Positions 52,785-64,000 of a stretch of DNA of 64,000 bases are shown piece after piece (the first letter of the stretch is position 1; each line of letters begins with the position of its first letter). This DNA is from Ptychomitrium polyphyllum. Lineage: Eukaryota. A model generated the notes under the pieces. That model was not told the DNA's origin, did not search any database, and saw only the letters and a program-made list of their open reading frames with translations. The stretch lies in contig OZ316775.1 in the NCBI GenBank assembly GCA_973851085.1, positions 17,050,001 through 17,114,000 on the forward strand, written 5' to 3'. The translations under genes and the position numbers were made by a program.

Positions 52785-54452
52785 ATGATCTTCCGGGTCT
52801 GCCATCCTCCCTTGCGTGCTCTTTCCGCCGAAACACATTCTCGCTCTGCCAGAAGCCAGTCAATTAGGGTTTGGTAGGGTTTGGTGTAGGGTTGGGGTTT
52901 GTGGGTTGCGGTGTTGCATGCGAGCGCCGGAATGGAGCAATTTGGTGTTCGGTTTTGGTATGTGGATGTTGGATGGCGTGACGAGGCTGTGAGGTGGCAA
53001 GGTCTTGTTGGCATTGAGCAGATTAGGGTTCGATACGGAGGGCCCCGTTGTGGGGGATTTGGAGGGAAGGCAGCAATGTAGAGGGTGCGGTTTGCTGCGA
53101 TTGCAGGTTTTGATCGTTTGAGTGTTTGTTGCGTTTTGATCAGTTTCACCAGTACCAGGTGGTGGGGCGGGCCCTTCCAATCGCGGGCAATGAGCCTCCG
53201 AAGGCGTACCGCATGAAGCTTTGGGCCACTGACGAAGTGCGCGCGAAGTCTAAGTTCTGGTATGTCGAAGTTTGCTGGAGTGCTGGAAAGTGGTATTAAA
53301 GTCTGTATTTATTAATGTCACTTCTGTCGTGTAGTTTTTTTGGATATCTTGTAACAATGAGGATCGTCGCCTGATTCAGGTGCTAACGGGTTAGTTGAAG
53401 AGGATTGTTGCTGAGCTGGTTTGCATTTATTAAATATTTGAAGGAAATGGTTGACTACCGAATTGAGGATCAGTCTTCCAACTAGTTATGTTTGGCGCCG
53501 GATTAGCGACGTCGTGGTCGAGGGATTTTCTTCTGATTATGAGCTTATTTCTTCGAGAGCTTATAACTGAATGTAGTTGTTTTCTTATTCAGGTATTTCC
53601 TGAGGAAGTTGCAGAAAGTCAAGAAGGCCCACGGTCAACTTCTTGCCATCAATGAGGTATGTAACACTTTATGCGCGCATAGTTTTGATTCTTGTGATAT
53701 TGGAACTGGAGCATTAGATGTGATTGAGTAATTTAAGGTTTTAGAGAGAGTGCGAGTTGAAGTTCATTTCAGTTCAGCTCATTGCCACCAATATTTGGCT
53801 CTTTAGGAAGAGTAGATATGATATGTTCAAGCGGCTGGAGTGCGAGGTGTACAAGGACTTAATTTTTTTGAAGATAGCTTCCCTCTCAAACGTGTCATAC
53901 CATCTGGACGCATAGTTATTCTGGGCCTAGAATGCAGTGCTCTTGGGCATGAGAGCACAATATCAGTCTTTTACGGAGTTTACGTTGACGAGAGACCAAT
54001 ACCTGTGTCACACAAAGCATAGTTTCATATTTTGATATGAAGTCATGTACGTAGGTCAGAAATCGAAATTCGAGGCAAGGGCAAGGTACTAATTGAGCCT
54101 GTTATTTCAGATTTTCGAGAAGTACCCCACCACCATCAAAAATTATGGTATCTGGGTGCGTTACCAGAGTCGAACTGGCTACCACAACATGTACAAGGAG
54201 TACCGAGACCTCACTCTTAACGGAGCAGTTGAGCAGATGTACGACGAGATGGCCTCTCGGCATCGGGTGCGCTCCCCATGCATCCAGATCATCAAGACTG
54301 CGACTATTCCAGTCTCTATGTGCAAGCGTGTGAACACCAAGCAGTTCCATGACTCTAAAATTAAATTCCCACTGACTTATCGCAAGATCCGCCCACCAAC
54401 CAGGAGCCTGAAGACCACGTATAAGGCTTCCAGGCCCAACACCTTCGTGTAG
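52785..54452 (+). CDS. RPL18A: 60S ribosomal protein L18a (eL20), ~177 aa
   Basis: Exons 52785-52796, 53144-53259, 53593-53656 and 54111-54452 give [16 protein letters not shown]...[23 protein letters not shown]...[25 protein letters not shown]...RPNTFV. Confidence 0.97.
52863..52892. promoter_or_regulatory. Telo-box cluster in intron 1 of RPL18A
   Basis: ATTAGGGTTT, TAGGGTTT and TAGGGTT in tandem, with another ATTAGGGTT at ~53022. A site-II-like TGGGCC lies upstream at ~52487. Confidence 0.6.
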
Positions 54453-56290
54453 ACCTGCTCTTGAGAAAGGTCTATATCATGTGCAGTGGCAAAGATGCAT
54501 ATTTTGAATGTTTCCTCAGAGGCAGTAAAGATTTGGAGCCTCCTTTTATTAGAAGGATGAAGTTGCATCTTATTCATTCCTTGTATCTCTCTCAATATGA
54601 TATCTTGCATTCCAAAGTATTTCTGCATCTTGTTGGCAGAGACCTTATTTTTATCAGAGTCTGGTAATGTTTTCAGGCGCATTAAACACTGGCTTTTTAT
54701 TTAGCCCACAGGAAACCTTCTATATACAATTGTTAAACACAAAGAATACGTGGAGACCTGGCATGTGCGGCAGAATCTGGTATGACATTAACTCAGATAG
54801 AATGAAATTGGAATATCGCTATTGTAATGATACAGCAGCGCGCAGATTCCTTCTCGCTTGTGAACTACCCTAGTGCGAGGCGCCATTGCTACACCCCACA
54901 TGCTGCGGATGCTGCAGACGACACTAAATGGGGCTAAAATGCTCAAGCCCCTTCCACCCTCTGGCCGTTCTATATGAAGCACTGATCGCATTTCAGAGTG
55001 GCCAGTGGATATACAAGTCTGGATGTCAAGTGCAGCCCTTTTCGACCTTAGTTGGACGCAGCTTGCAAGGATGGACTCAATTCTCTCGGCTGGGCGTGGT
55101 GACTGGGAGGATGTGTCAACGCAAAAGTGATGGAACTGATCTGTTTGCAGCTCTCAAACGCGTTATTCAGAGAACAAGTTCGTTATTCGTTTCGAAATGC
55201 GTGAGGCTCATGCGCAGATTCGTAGCTATCTTCGACTGTTGTGGTTTTGGATTGGGTCGAGAATGGTGCGGAGGTCTGCACTTTTAGAGTTTAATTGTGT
55301 ATGGGTGGGAGTTTCCATAGCTGCCTGGCTTTAGAAAGGAGGGTTTTCTTGGGTGGGATGCTCTTTTAAGGTTGGGTTACGAATAGGATCAAGGCATCAA
55401 AGTGCTGAGTGAGACAAAGTCATTCCTGTCATTCTCAATTTACATGAAGGACACTTCAACTCTAGATTCTTACTGAGATAATTGAAGGCGAGAAATATAT
55501 ATTTCAATCACAAAAGCAAATGAGATGGAGGTGGGTCTTTGGATGAGGAAAACTCAAATGAGCTAAGTTGAACGAAACCTGTCCATCTGTTGAACATCTT
55601 GTACTCGTCGCATGAAATGATATCGACTGTTGACATTCATTTGTATCCATGAAGCACCGTGGATGCCATAATTCATCATTTGCAACAGTTTTTCCAACAT
55701 GAGAAAAATTTCAAAGACAAAGGTGATAAATTGAAATTTGCTTAGTGTGGTCATCAACTGTTCGTGATTTAATCGATTCTTGCTCTATAAAATTGAATAC
55801 AGAAGATTCTCCGGAACCATTAATCTCTTGCTATAAGTTATTGCAATTGTTACAATGTCATATCTACTCTCATCACACTGGCAACTATTGCATTTACTCA
55901 ACTGCGAAGTAAACACAGTTGGGGATCAGCGTATGTGAAGAAACACTCTGGTTCAAACGAGCACTGCAGAAAGAATTTACAAACTTTTGTAGCCAACACT
56001 CTGCCCTGTTGCCACCGAGGTTGTAGATATACATATGGAGGAAGCTGTAAAGACGGACCTGATAGGAAACTGGTCCAGTCAACGGTTCAGAGGAAGGGAA
56101 TCCTTAAAGACCATAGTTTCATCAATCTACTTGCCTAAAATTTAATCTTGGTTATGGTAAGGCCTTGTCCAGAACAAATTTTGGCCGGATGGGATGATGT
56201 TCAGGCGTCCACTCCCTAAAAATAAATGACACATTTCGAGCCTCTCGTCTTCGAGGTTCCAAATGAGAAACTGTGCAGAGAAGGTATCGC

Positions 56291-58052
56291 TTAACCCCTA
56301 CTACGACGTCTACCTGATGCTTGAAGAGTACGTTGATCAGCTTCAGCCGTGCTGCTTCGAGCGCTTTCATTTCGTATGGTCTCCAACCTAAATTCCTTAG
56401 CTTTCGAATCCTGTTGATTTGCTAGAATATAGTCTTTTCGAATGTCCCAAAGAACCTCAGCTGCCTTCTTCATACTGGGCCGGTCCGCCTTTGTAGGTGC
56501 CGAGCAAGCAAACGCGAGCTCAGCCAAGCGATCAATGATGCCCAATGCAGCTGGTGTTTTCTCAATCTTAGGGTCAAGGATTTCAACCACCTTCCCTTCT
56601 ACAAACTTCTTGAACGCCCATCTAACTGTAACACGTTCATCACTGGGCCTCTTCAGTTCAATGGGCCGTCTGCCTGTAAAGATCTCGATGAGCAAAATGC
56701 CAAAAGAATAAACATCACTCTTGGTATGCAGCTGATACGAGTTTAGGTATTCCGGATCCAGGTAACCTGTATTTGCCAAAGCTCAACACTTAGTGTTAAA
56801 GCAACTACAACAAACAACAGGTTTCGTAACTCGACCAAAACCTCCCTGTTACTATCTTCCCACCGAGTCCTGTGATGATATCGGCACCACTGAAATACAA
56901 ACTAACATTCGAGTGAAGGATGGTGAGGTACTGAGTTACAGAAAATGCATATATAGTATAATAGAGAGGCATCAGATATTAAGAACATCGAGCACGGTAT
57001 GGTTACGGATAAATGTGCCACGTGACTATTACTGACCTGCAGTGCCCTTCACTTGAGTAGAGACATGAGTGGCCCCAGCATCTGTGGACGGTCCAACACG
57101 GGAGAATCCAAAGTCAGCAACCTTCGCTCGATACTTGTCGGTGAGAAGAATGTTCGACGACTTGACATCCCTGTGTATGATGGGCCGATCGGCATAAAGA
57201 TGTAGATATGTCAATGCGTGTGCAATGTCTATTGCAATATCCAACCGAGTGCTTATGTCGAGTGGTGTTTTACCGTAGGTCCCGTCTACGTGTTCTCCAA
57301 GGTTGCCATTCGGAACGAACTCCACGATTAGAATCCGTTCGGATCCTTCTTCCAAATACCCGATCAGTTTCACGAGGTTCAAATGATCCACCTGAAACCA
57401 TGTGGTTCTGGTTAGTGTAGTTCTGATTTGAGTAGCAGGAGCTGCAGAATAGAAATAGTCAATTATCCTATGGCATCACCTCTCCTGGCCCTCGTACCAA
57501 AGATGCATATTCAATATCTATAGGTACCATCCAGACTTATCCCTGAGCTTATTATTGCAGAACAGAAAACATGCTCGTGATTAGGGTATGCTTACAATTG
57601 AAATATGGCATTTCCAAAATGTTGTTTTCTAGGAAACACACCTGAGATAACATCTCCACCTCTGTCCGAAACTCGGTGGATAGCCTATGCGCAAAGGCGT
57701 CCTTTCTGCCGCGCTTGATAGCCACCGTTCTCCCATCCCTCAGTCTACCTTTATACACCATACCGAACCCTCCCTGGCCAATTTTGTTCGACGGAGACCA
57801 ATTCGACGTTGCGTAGCTCATCTCCGCCATTGTAAAGGTCTCCGCTCCTGCAGGCTTCGGCTCGGTGTCGTCCACAATTCCAAACGGTTGATACGACCCA
57901 TTCGTGCTGCTGCGTAAGGATCCAGGCTGCGAAGGAGGTACCGAGCACTGGTCGAAGACGTCCTTGAACTGCTCCTGGCCCTTGTAATCCTTAAACTCGT
58001 CGTCCTTCGACATAGGTCGGCAGCATGAGAAGCATACGAATACGCCCCCCAT
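56291..58052 (-). CDS. Receptor-like cytoplasmic Ser/Thr kinase, CRCK (calmodulin-binding RLCK-IV)-like, ~413 aa
   Basis: Exons 58052-57642, 57391-57037 and 56766-56291 are phase-consistent. Motifs: GQGGFG, VAIK, HRDVKSSN, DFG, GTAGYLDPEY, SDVYSFG and GRRPIELKRPSDERVTVRWAF. There is no transmembrane segment. Confidence 0.93.
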
Positions 58053-60993
58053 TACTGAAGGACTGTGGTTGAGCACGGTTAGAGTTGGCGCTATCACCAA
58101 CTGGAATCTGGATCACTCCGTGGCTTCCAGCAATCAAGAGCAGCACGAATACAATCCTAACCTACAATGGAAGTCATGAGGGCCTTGGCAGCCCGCACAC
58201 ATAAGCTGAGCCACCATAAATGGCGCCACCTACCAACCAAACCCGGCCGTCCACAATATCGTATTAAAGTGAAACTAGGGAACGGAGACCCAGCAATAGC
58301 GGCGATGCGCCTCTCCTGAATGCCACATGAGATGAGCTATGGCGCAAAAGCCCATTGATGTTTTCCTTCTAGCCACATGATTCTCCTCATCATCCAAAAC
58401 CGTCCGTTTGCTAAAGCTCAGTTTCAAGGGCAATACATCCTAATGTTGCTGGCCTCAATCCTGCACCGCAAACCACATCCAAAGATTCCTGCTCTTGCTG
58501 TCTACGAAGAACATGCTTCAAGCTAACACCCTCTAGAGGGATTTCTCCAACAATCAGATCAGGCAACGTGATTATCTGCGCCTAAAAGAAGACTTTCACC
58601 GCAGAAGCGCACAAACTGTAAAGACCCAAAGAGGGCAAATACTAGGACAGCCTCCCGACTATGCGAAAGCCATCTGTAGCGCCTAGAACGATCCACCGAC
58701 GAGGATTTCACTGTTGCGCGCACGCTTGGACATGGAGATTCTTAAGAGAATCAGAAAGGTCTCAACTTCCCACTTGTAGAAGGACCTTCACAAAGCTCAC
58801 CAGCATCTGCAACAATTCAATATAGCATAATGTCCATACTCGTGTTCTCGCACCCGCGTGCGCTTCCTCGTTCAGTTCGTTGAAGGAGAGCGTTGAGAGC
58901 CAAATGTGATGACAGCGTGGGAGAAGGCAAACTTGGGTTGGTACACTGCAGTGGCCAATATTAGAACACCATCCTTTCCGACAAGGGCGCAAGCAGCCAG
59001 AGGACGGGTTTCTCTCCGGGCCCTGTGGCCCTGCTGCTTTTCTTTTATAAGGAACTGGTGGTGCGAGGGCACATACTTACGTGGGACTCGAATCGCGGAA
59101 ACTCGAAACTCTGCAACGAAATAATTCACAAGCGCAACATCTGTCGACGCGGGTCTTAGAGGAATTTCTGCAGGGTTTCAGCTCCGGTCCCATGCCTGAA
59201 TATACTCTCTCTGATAAAGCAGAGGATGTGCCTGTGTAAACTCTTCCAATCTCTGCATATGCCTCCAAATGAGCTTTAGGCGTCACACAAAGAGATATCC
59301 GGCTCACAACCGTGATCTTGTACACATCGCCTGCCTCTACCGTGACGAATTTGAGAAGAGTGCAACTAATAGATGTCTCTAGCTATGGCAAAGCTGAAGC
59401 TACAACCGCGGATGGATATGGCTATATGCCTGGAGACTGAATTGCACCGACCGTACTACAGCACGTGATTGTTCACTTCATGCGCAACCGCAACCTCATC
59501 AGACAAAACGTAAGCAACGAGCGCCGTCCTAGACGGGTACTCGCGAAACACATCCCGCGATATGCTCCTAAAGTTATACTCTCCTCCAAGAAACCTACAG
59601 CGGCTGCAAACCATTAAGCGAGGCTAACCCGCTCCGAGTACTCCGCTTCAGGGCCTTCATCGCCTTAGAACGTGCAACTGATTCCTGTGCAAGGAAAGAA
59701 TCTTCCGGTTATCAACACGATGACGGTAGCATAAAGTAGCCAGCCTCCAGGAATGAAGTAACGTCTCCACAACTGCCTTCACCTCCCATCGTCTTTGTCA
59801 TTTCTCACCTTTCTCAAACTGAGTTTTCAACATGTGGGCATTCCGGAAATGTAACGTAAGTGAAAATCTTCAACGTGGAAGTAAAAAAGTCACTTCCTGT
59901 AACCTTTCGGCACCAGAGACGAGTATCAAATTGCTTGTAGAGCGGGTTTAACGAGAGGCAGATGTGGACAGACCAATGATTCATGATGCGCCTTGATTAC
60001 TGTTTCTACAGAACCTGGACCACAGTGTGTGATACTGTCGTGGTGTCAGATCGCCCATTCCCCGGACACTAAGCTAGAAGCGCTGGAATCTCATGTTTCT
60101 CATGTTTCTTTTGCACAACCTGATTTGCGGATCTCTTTGCTGATTATAGAAACGTGCATGCTGCGCGAGGCAATGTCATTGCGGGGCCAAGTTCCAACAA
60201 TACAGAACTATTCTGCACGTCAGCAGGGAATGAAGTTGCTTGTGTTTCCCGGATGTGCGCATCAGCATTGGACACAAACGTCTTCTACTTCCAAGAATCC
60301 ACTTTAGAGTCTCGAAGGATTAGTCATCTACCGCACATCGATTATTCGATTGGTTCAATTGAAAAGCACATCAAATATATTAATGATACAGAGTATAGTA
60401 CTGAGCGCAAAGCAGACGGGACATGGATCAGCTCAATCCGGAGCCGCCAGCCTAAGTAATTTTCTAAAGAAACGTGCAATGTTCTGGCATACAGCGTACG
60501 GACACCATAAATTTCAGAACCCTTTTCCCATGCATGCAAAAAAACTCTACCAGTATCAAGTATTGCCTAACGAACTGTGTGAAGGTGGCATGATAACAAA
60601 GGATATCGCATGAGTATAGACGGATATAAACCGAGTACCAACTCGTGTGTTGCATCTTGAGAACATTCCGTGGATATTCTTGGAATGTCGTTATTCATGA
60701 AGTGAAGAATCTCATGGCTAGTCTACAATAACGTCAGATTGACGGACCCATTTAATCATTTTATGAGGTTTGCAGGGAGGATGCTGGTAAAAGCTGCAGA
60801 GTCCGATTCTGGTGTCCACCATAAGAAGCCTGGAGAGGCTTACAATGCAGTGATTTATAATCCATCTTTCTGGATAACCGCATGAGTATCACCTGAGTAT
60901 CGCATTTTTATGTCTTTAAAATATCATCATCTTTTTTTAATTTGCCGTAGGTTTGGATTAGCTTGTATAATTTTGTAAAGTGGACATCTTGTA

Positions 60994-61275
60994 TAATTTA
61001 CAAATTGCTTTAATACCTCTAAATTCCTACACTAATTAATTACTGGAAGTACTCATCTTCGTACTTTCTAGCAAATGTGCATATGTAGAGGTGAACAATG
61101 AATACTAACGTGAATCAAATGTTTTACAAATAATTTACAAATTGTTTTAATACCTCTAAATTCTTACACTAATTGATTACTGGAAGTATTCATCTTATTA
61201 CTTTCTAGCAAATGTACATATGTAAAGGTGAACAATGAATACTAACGTGAATCAAATGTTTTACAAATAATTTAC
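60994..61275. repeat. 137-bp tandem duplication (2 copies)
   Basis: The unit starts at 60994 and 61131, with a partial third start at 61268, and the copies differ by a few substitutions. Confidence 0.9.
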
Positions 61276-62569
61276 TAAGTTCTACAAATTTAAAAGACAA
61301 TTACAAGAAATAATCAAGTGGTGAAGCAATAAGTCTTTTTCATAAAACATTTCTTAAAATTTGTAGTACCCAACCTAATTCCAATTTGGAGACAATATTA
61401 TCTTTTACATGTTCTTTTGTGATTTTACTTTCATATCATAACTATGAAGTAGTAAGCTTTTATAGGTACCTATGAACATCTAACATGAGTTATGAAAAAT
61501 AGCCTCCTATTCATATTGAATTAATTGCCTTGAAACTATTAATAGATAGATTATGAATTAGAATTTTGATGATAAAAGCTCTCTAAAATTTAAACCTTCT
61601 AATGTGCAAATATAGCTTATAATACAACATGTTTGTAAATCTAACAAAATATATAAAATATGAAATTCCAATTTTGGATGTTTCATATTATTATTTTTGG
61701 ATTTTTTTCAATTTGGATTCTACAATTCAATCATGGTACAAGAAGGCCCTTTTGAAGGTCAAGAACAAATGTTTCAAAATATCCTTGATGGGCCCATCTT
61801 CAATTTTTGGATTGTCCAAAAGTATTCAACAATTTTAAAGGTCAATTAATACAATATCTTTCAAATTATTAGCATGTAAGAAAAAAAAACATTTTGTAAA
61901 CACACTTATAATATTTTAGAATACCAACACATTATTTAATACAACAATTGAAACTTCTCTACTTATTAACTCAATAACTTTTAATAAATATTGTTCATAG
62001 TCCCAAAAGAAAGACATCTTCTAATGTTTGACATTTATGATATATTTATATATATACAAAAAGAAGCACATGTATGTGTGGCAAGTACTTACTTTAGTGC
62101 AAAACATGTAATACCACAATAATTTGTATAAAAATAAATTGAAGACATTGAAACAATATTAAAGTAAAACATATCATTCTTATACCTACGGTAAGTGGAT
62201 GTACGTGGATCTTCTGAAGATCTTCTTTGAAATTAGATTATAAGGATAAGTAGTACATTATTAATGCTTTATATGCTTCATGGACACTTCTTATTTGCTT
62301 AAATATTTACAAAAACTTTCTATTAGCACAATGTACTATGAACAATATTTAATAAATATTGTTCATAGTTCATGTACAAAAGTTTTTTCTAGAGAAATTG
62401 CAAAAATAGGTGCAAAAAACAGTATCAGGTATCGAGAATTCTGTATAAGATGGAGTACGACAGAGACGCATGTGTAATTTGTCTTCTACATTCTGAATCG
62501 AAATAATCTTTGTACATACACATTTTCTGTGTCTGTTCAATTTGTAGGCACAAGGTGCCATGTCCATTC

Positions 62570-63516
62570 TCAGAGCTGGCCGTCTTGTTTTCGAACGGAT
62601 AATCTGGCACGTTTCTTGACCTTCTTAATCTCCTTCAGGATTTTGCCTTCTCTGGCGTTACCAGTAACAGTCACCTTCTGGTTATGGTAGTCAACAATGA
62701 CTTCATCAACCCCTATAGATGCAAAACCAATGAGCCGGAGAAGCAGATTTATTGAAGAACAAAGATTTGATACTTCAATCCATCAGAAAGGTTACTAGAA
62801 AAGTATTCCTCCGAATGCTGACCTGGGATATTGAAGAGACGGTTCTTGATTTTAGCTTCGCAATCTGTGGTGCAGCACTGCAGCACACTGATCTCAACGA
62901 CCTCCACAAAAGCACGGGATCGCCCCAAAGGTAAGTTATTTTTAAAATCGTGGACCAAGACGACGAATTTCAAGAAAAAATGGCTTTGTTATTACTGAGT
63001 GAAACAGAGAGTAGCTATAGCGTTTGAAGTCCTTGTCGGAGGTAAACCAGCCACTTAGAAACTTCGAAGAGATTCGAGACTTACAGGGACCATGTAGCGA
63101 TTGAAAGGATAATGAAGCTCGTCCACTCTTCGCGTTATCCAAGTAGGCTCCATGTTGCCATAAAAGAACTGCACGAAGTGGAGAGAACGAATCACAAATG
63201 CCACCCAAAGCTCAAGCAACGTCGTTTAAAAATTTTCGAATGGTAGATGAATTTACAAACCTGTTTTGAAACCTGAAATGGATCAAACTCATGAACAAGA
63301 CTCTTGCAATATCTCCGACCAGGCAGATGGAATGAATTCTAGGTCATGATTGTGTTACCTCGTTGCATGATTTCACAGAAAACATGGTGAAAATAAATGC
63401 TTGCTCGGCAGCCAATCCTAAGTAGAACGATGTATGAAGTTGAACACAGAAGGAGATGTCACTGAACTACAGAATTGTAACTCAAAATGTACCTGTAAAT
63501 GCAGGTAGAGACGCAT
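62570..63516 (-). CDS. Small heavy-metal-associated (HMA) domain protein (HPP/ATX1-like, no CaaX box)
   Basis: Exons 62901-62823 and 62712-62570 give VVEISVLQCCTTDCEAKIKNRLFNIPGVDEVIVDYHNQKVTVTGN...ILKEIKKVKKRARL. The first exon (63516-63493, MRLYLHLQ) is tentative. Confidence 0.75.
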
Positions 63517-64000
63517 TATAAACCTGGATGAAATCTGGATATTCCTGAAGCATAGGTGGAGGAGCATTGTCGGAGAATAAGCGGCCTGAGTTCGACATGT
63601 CAGGAATTTGTGGGAATTAGAAGGATCTAGTCCAAGAGTTCATCTCACTCTGCGCCAGGTGCGATTTAGGCCTTATCAATGCACTCAACATACTGAAATT
63701 CATCTGGTGAAGTTTTATCAAATGTGAGAGCCGCAAGGACTCTCCTATCAGGTTGAATACTACTCTTCTGTTTTACAAATCTTGCTTGGTGCTTGGAGAT
63801 TCGTAACTGCTAGGTGTGGGTCAAGATTAACAATAAGTTGGTAAAGATTCTTGGGCATGGCTTCCACGGACTTCCATATATGAGCCCATGGTCCAAGCTT
63901 CCAGCTTCCGTCCTCCCTCAAGTCTGGAACTCAAGTGGTGTGTAAGTGAAACAACTGGGTACCTATACTGTAGCTTTGGTCCATTCGCCATACAATATTC

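Noticed and set aside
52326..53180. Overlapping 100-175 aa ORFs
   Set aside because: GC-rich promoter and intron 1 of RPL18A, so likely spurious.
53355..53415. Possible intronic C/D snoRNA in RPL18A (ATGAGGA...CTGA...TGAAGA...CTGA)
   Set aside because: Imperfect C box, very short length, guide segments too short and no clear terminal stem.
58762..60655. Short ORFs upstream of the kinase
   Set aside because: No motifs or consistent splice structure, so probably 5' UTR, intron or promoter sequence.

Overview
Eukaryotic plant genomic DNA with spliced genes separated by nested LTR-retrotransposon islands. The TE families, the GC-rich gene 5' ends and a probable cilium-type TPR gene suggest a moss such as Physcomitrium (inference, not verified). 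Host genes reconstructed by splicing: a 3-RRM hnRNP Q/R-like gene (+, 6825-9737), an AT-rich multi-exon TTC23-like TPR gene (-, 11004-14489), RPL18A/eL20 (+, 52785-54452), a CRCK-type receptor-like cytoplasmic kinase (-, 56291-58052) and a small HMA-domain gene (-, ~62570-63516). About 15.6-49.6 kb is a nested pile of decayed Ty3/gypsy chromoviruses plus one Ty1/copia fragment. The most striking structure is a pair of ~7.7-kb inverted arms (23801-31532 and 38479-46210). Each arm is a dead chromovirus, and the two appear identical over ~7.4 kb including every disabling mutation, yet they diverge at both edges. A second, apparently homogenised ~445-bp hairpin lies inside the spacer. No prokaryotic-type system (CRISPR, operon) is present.
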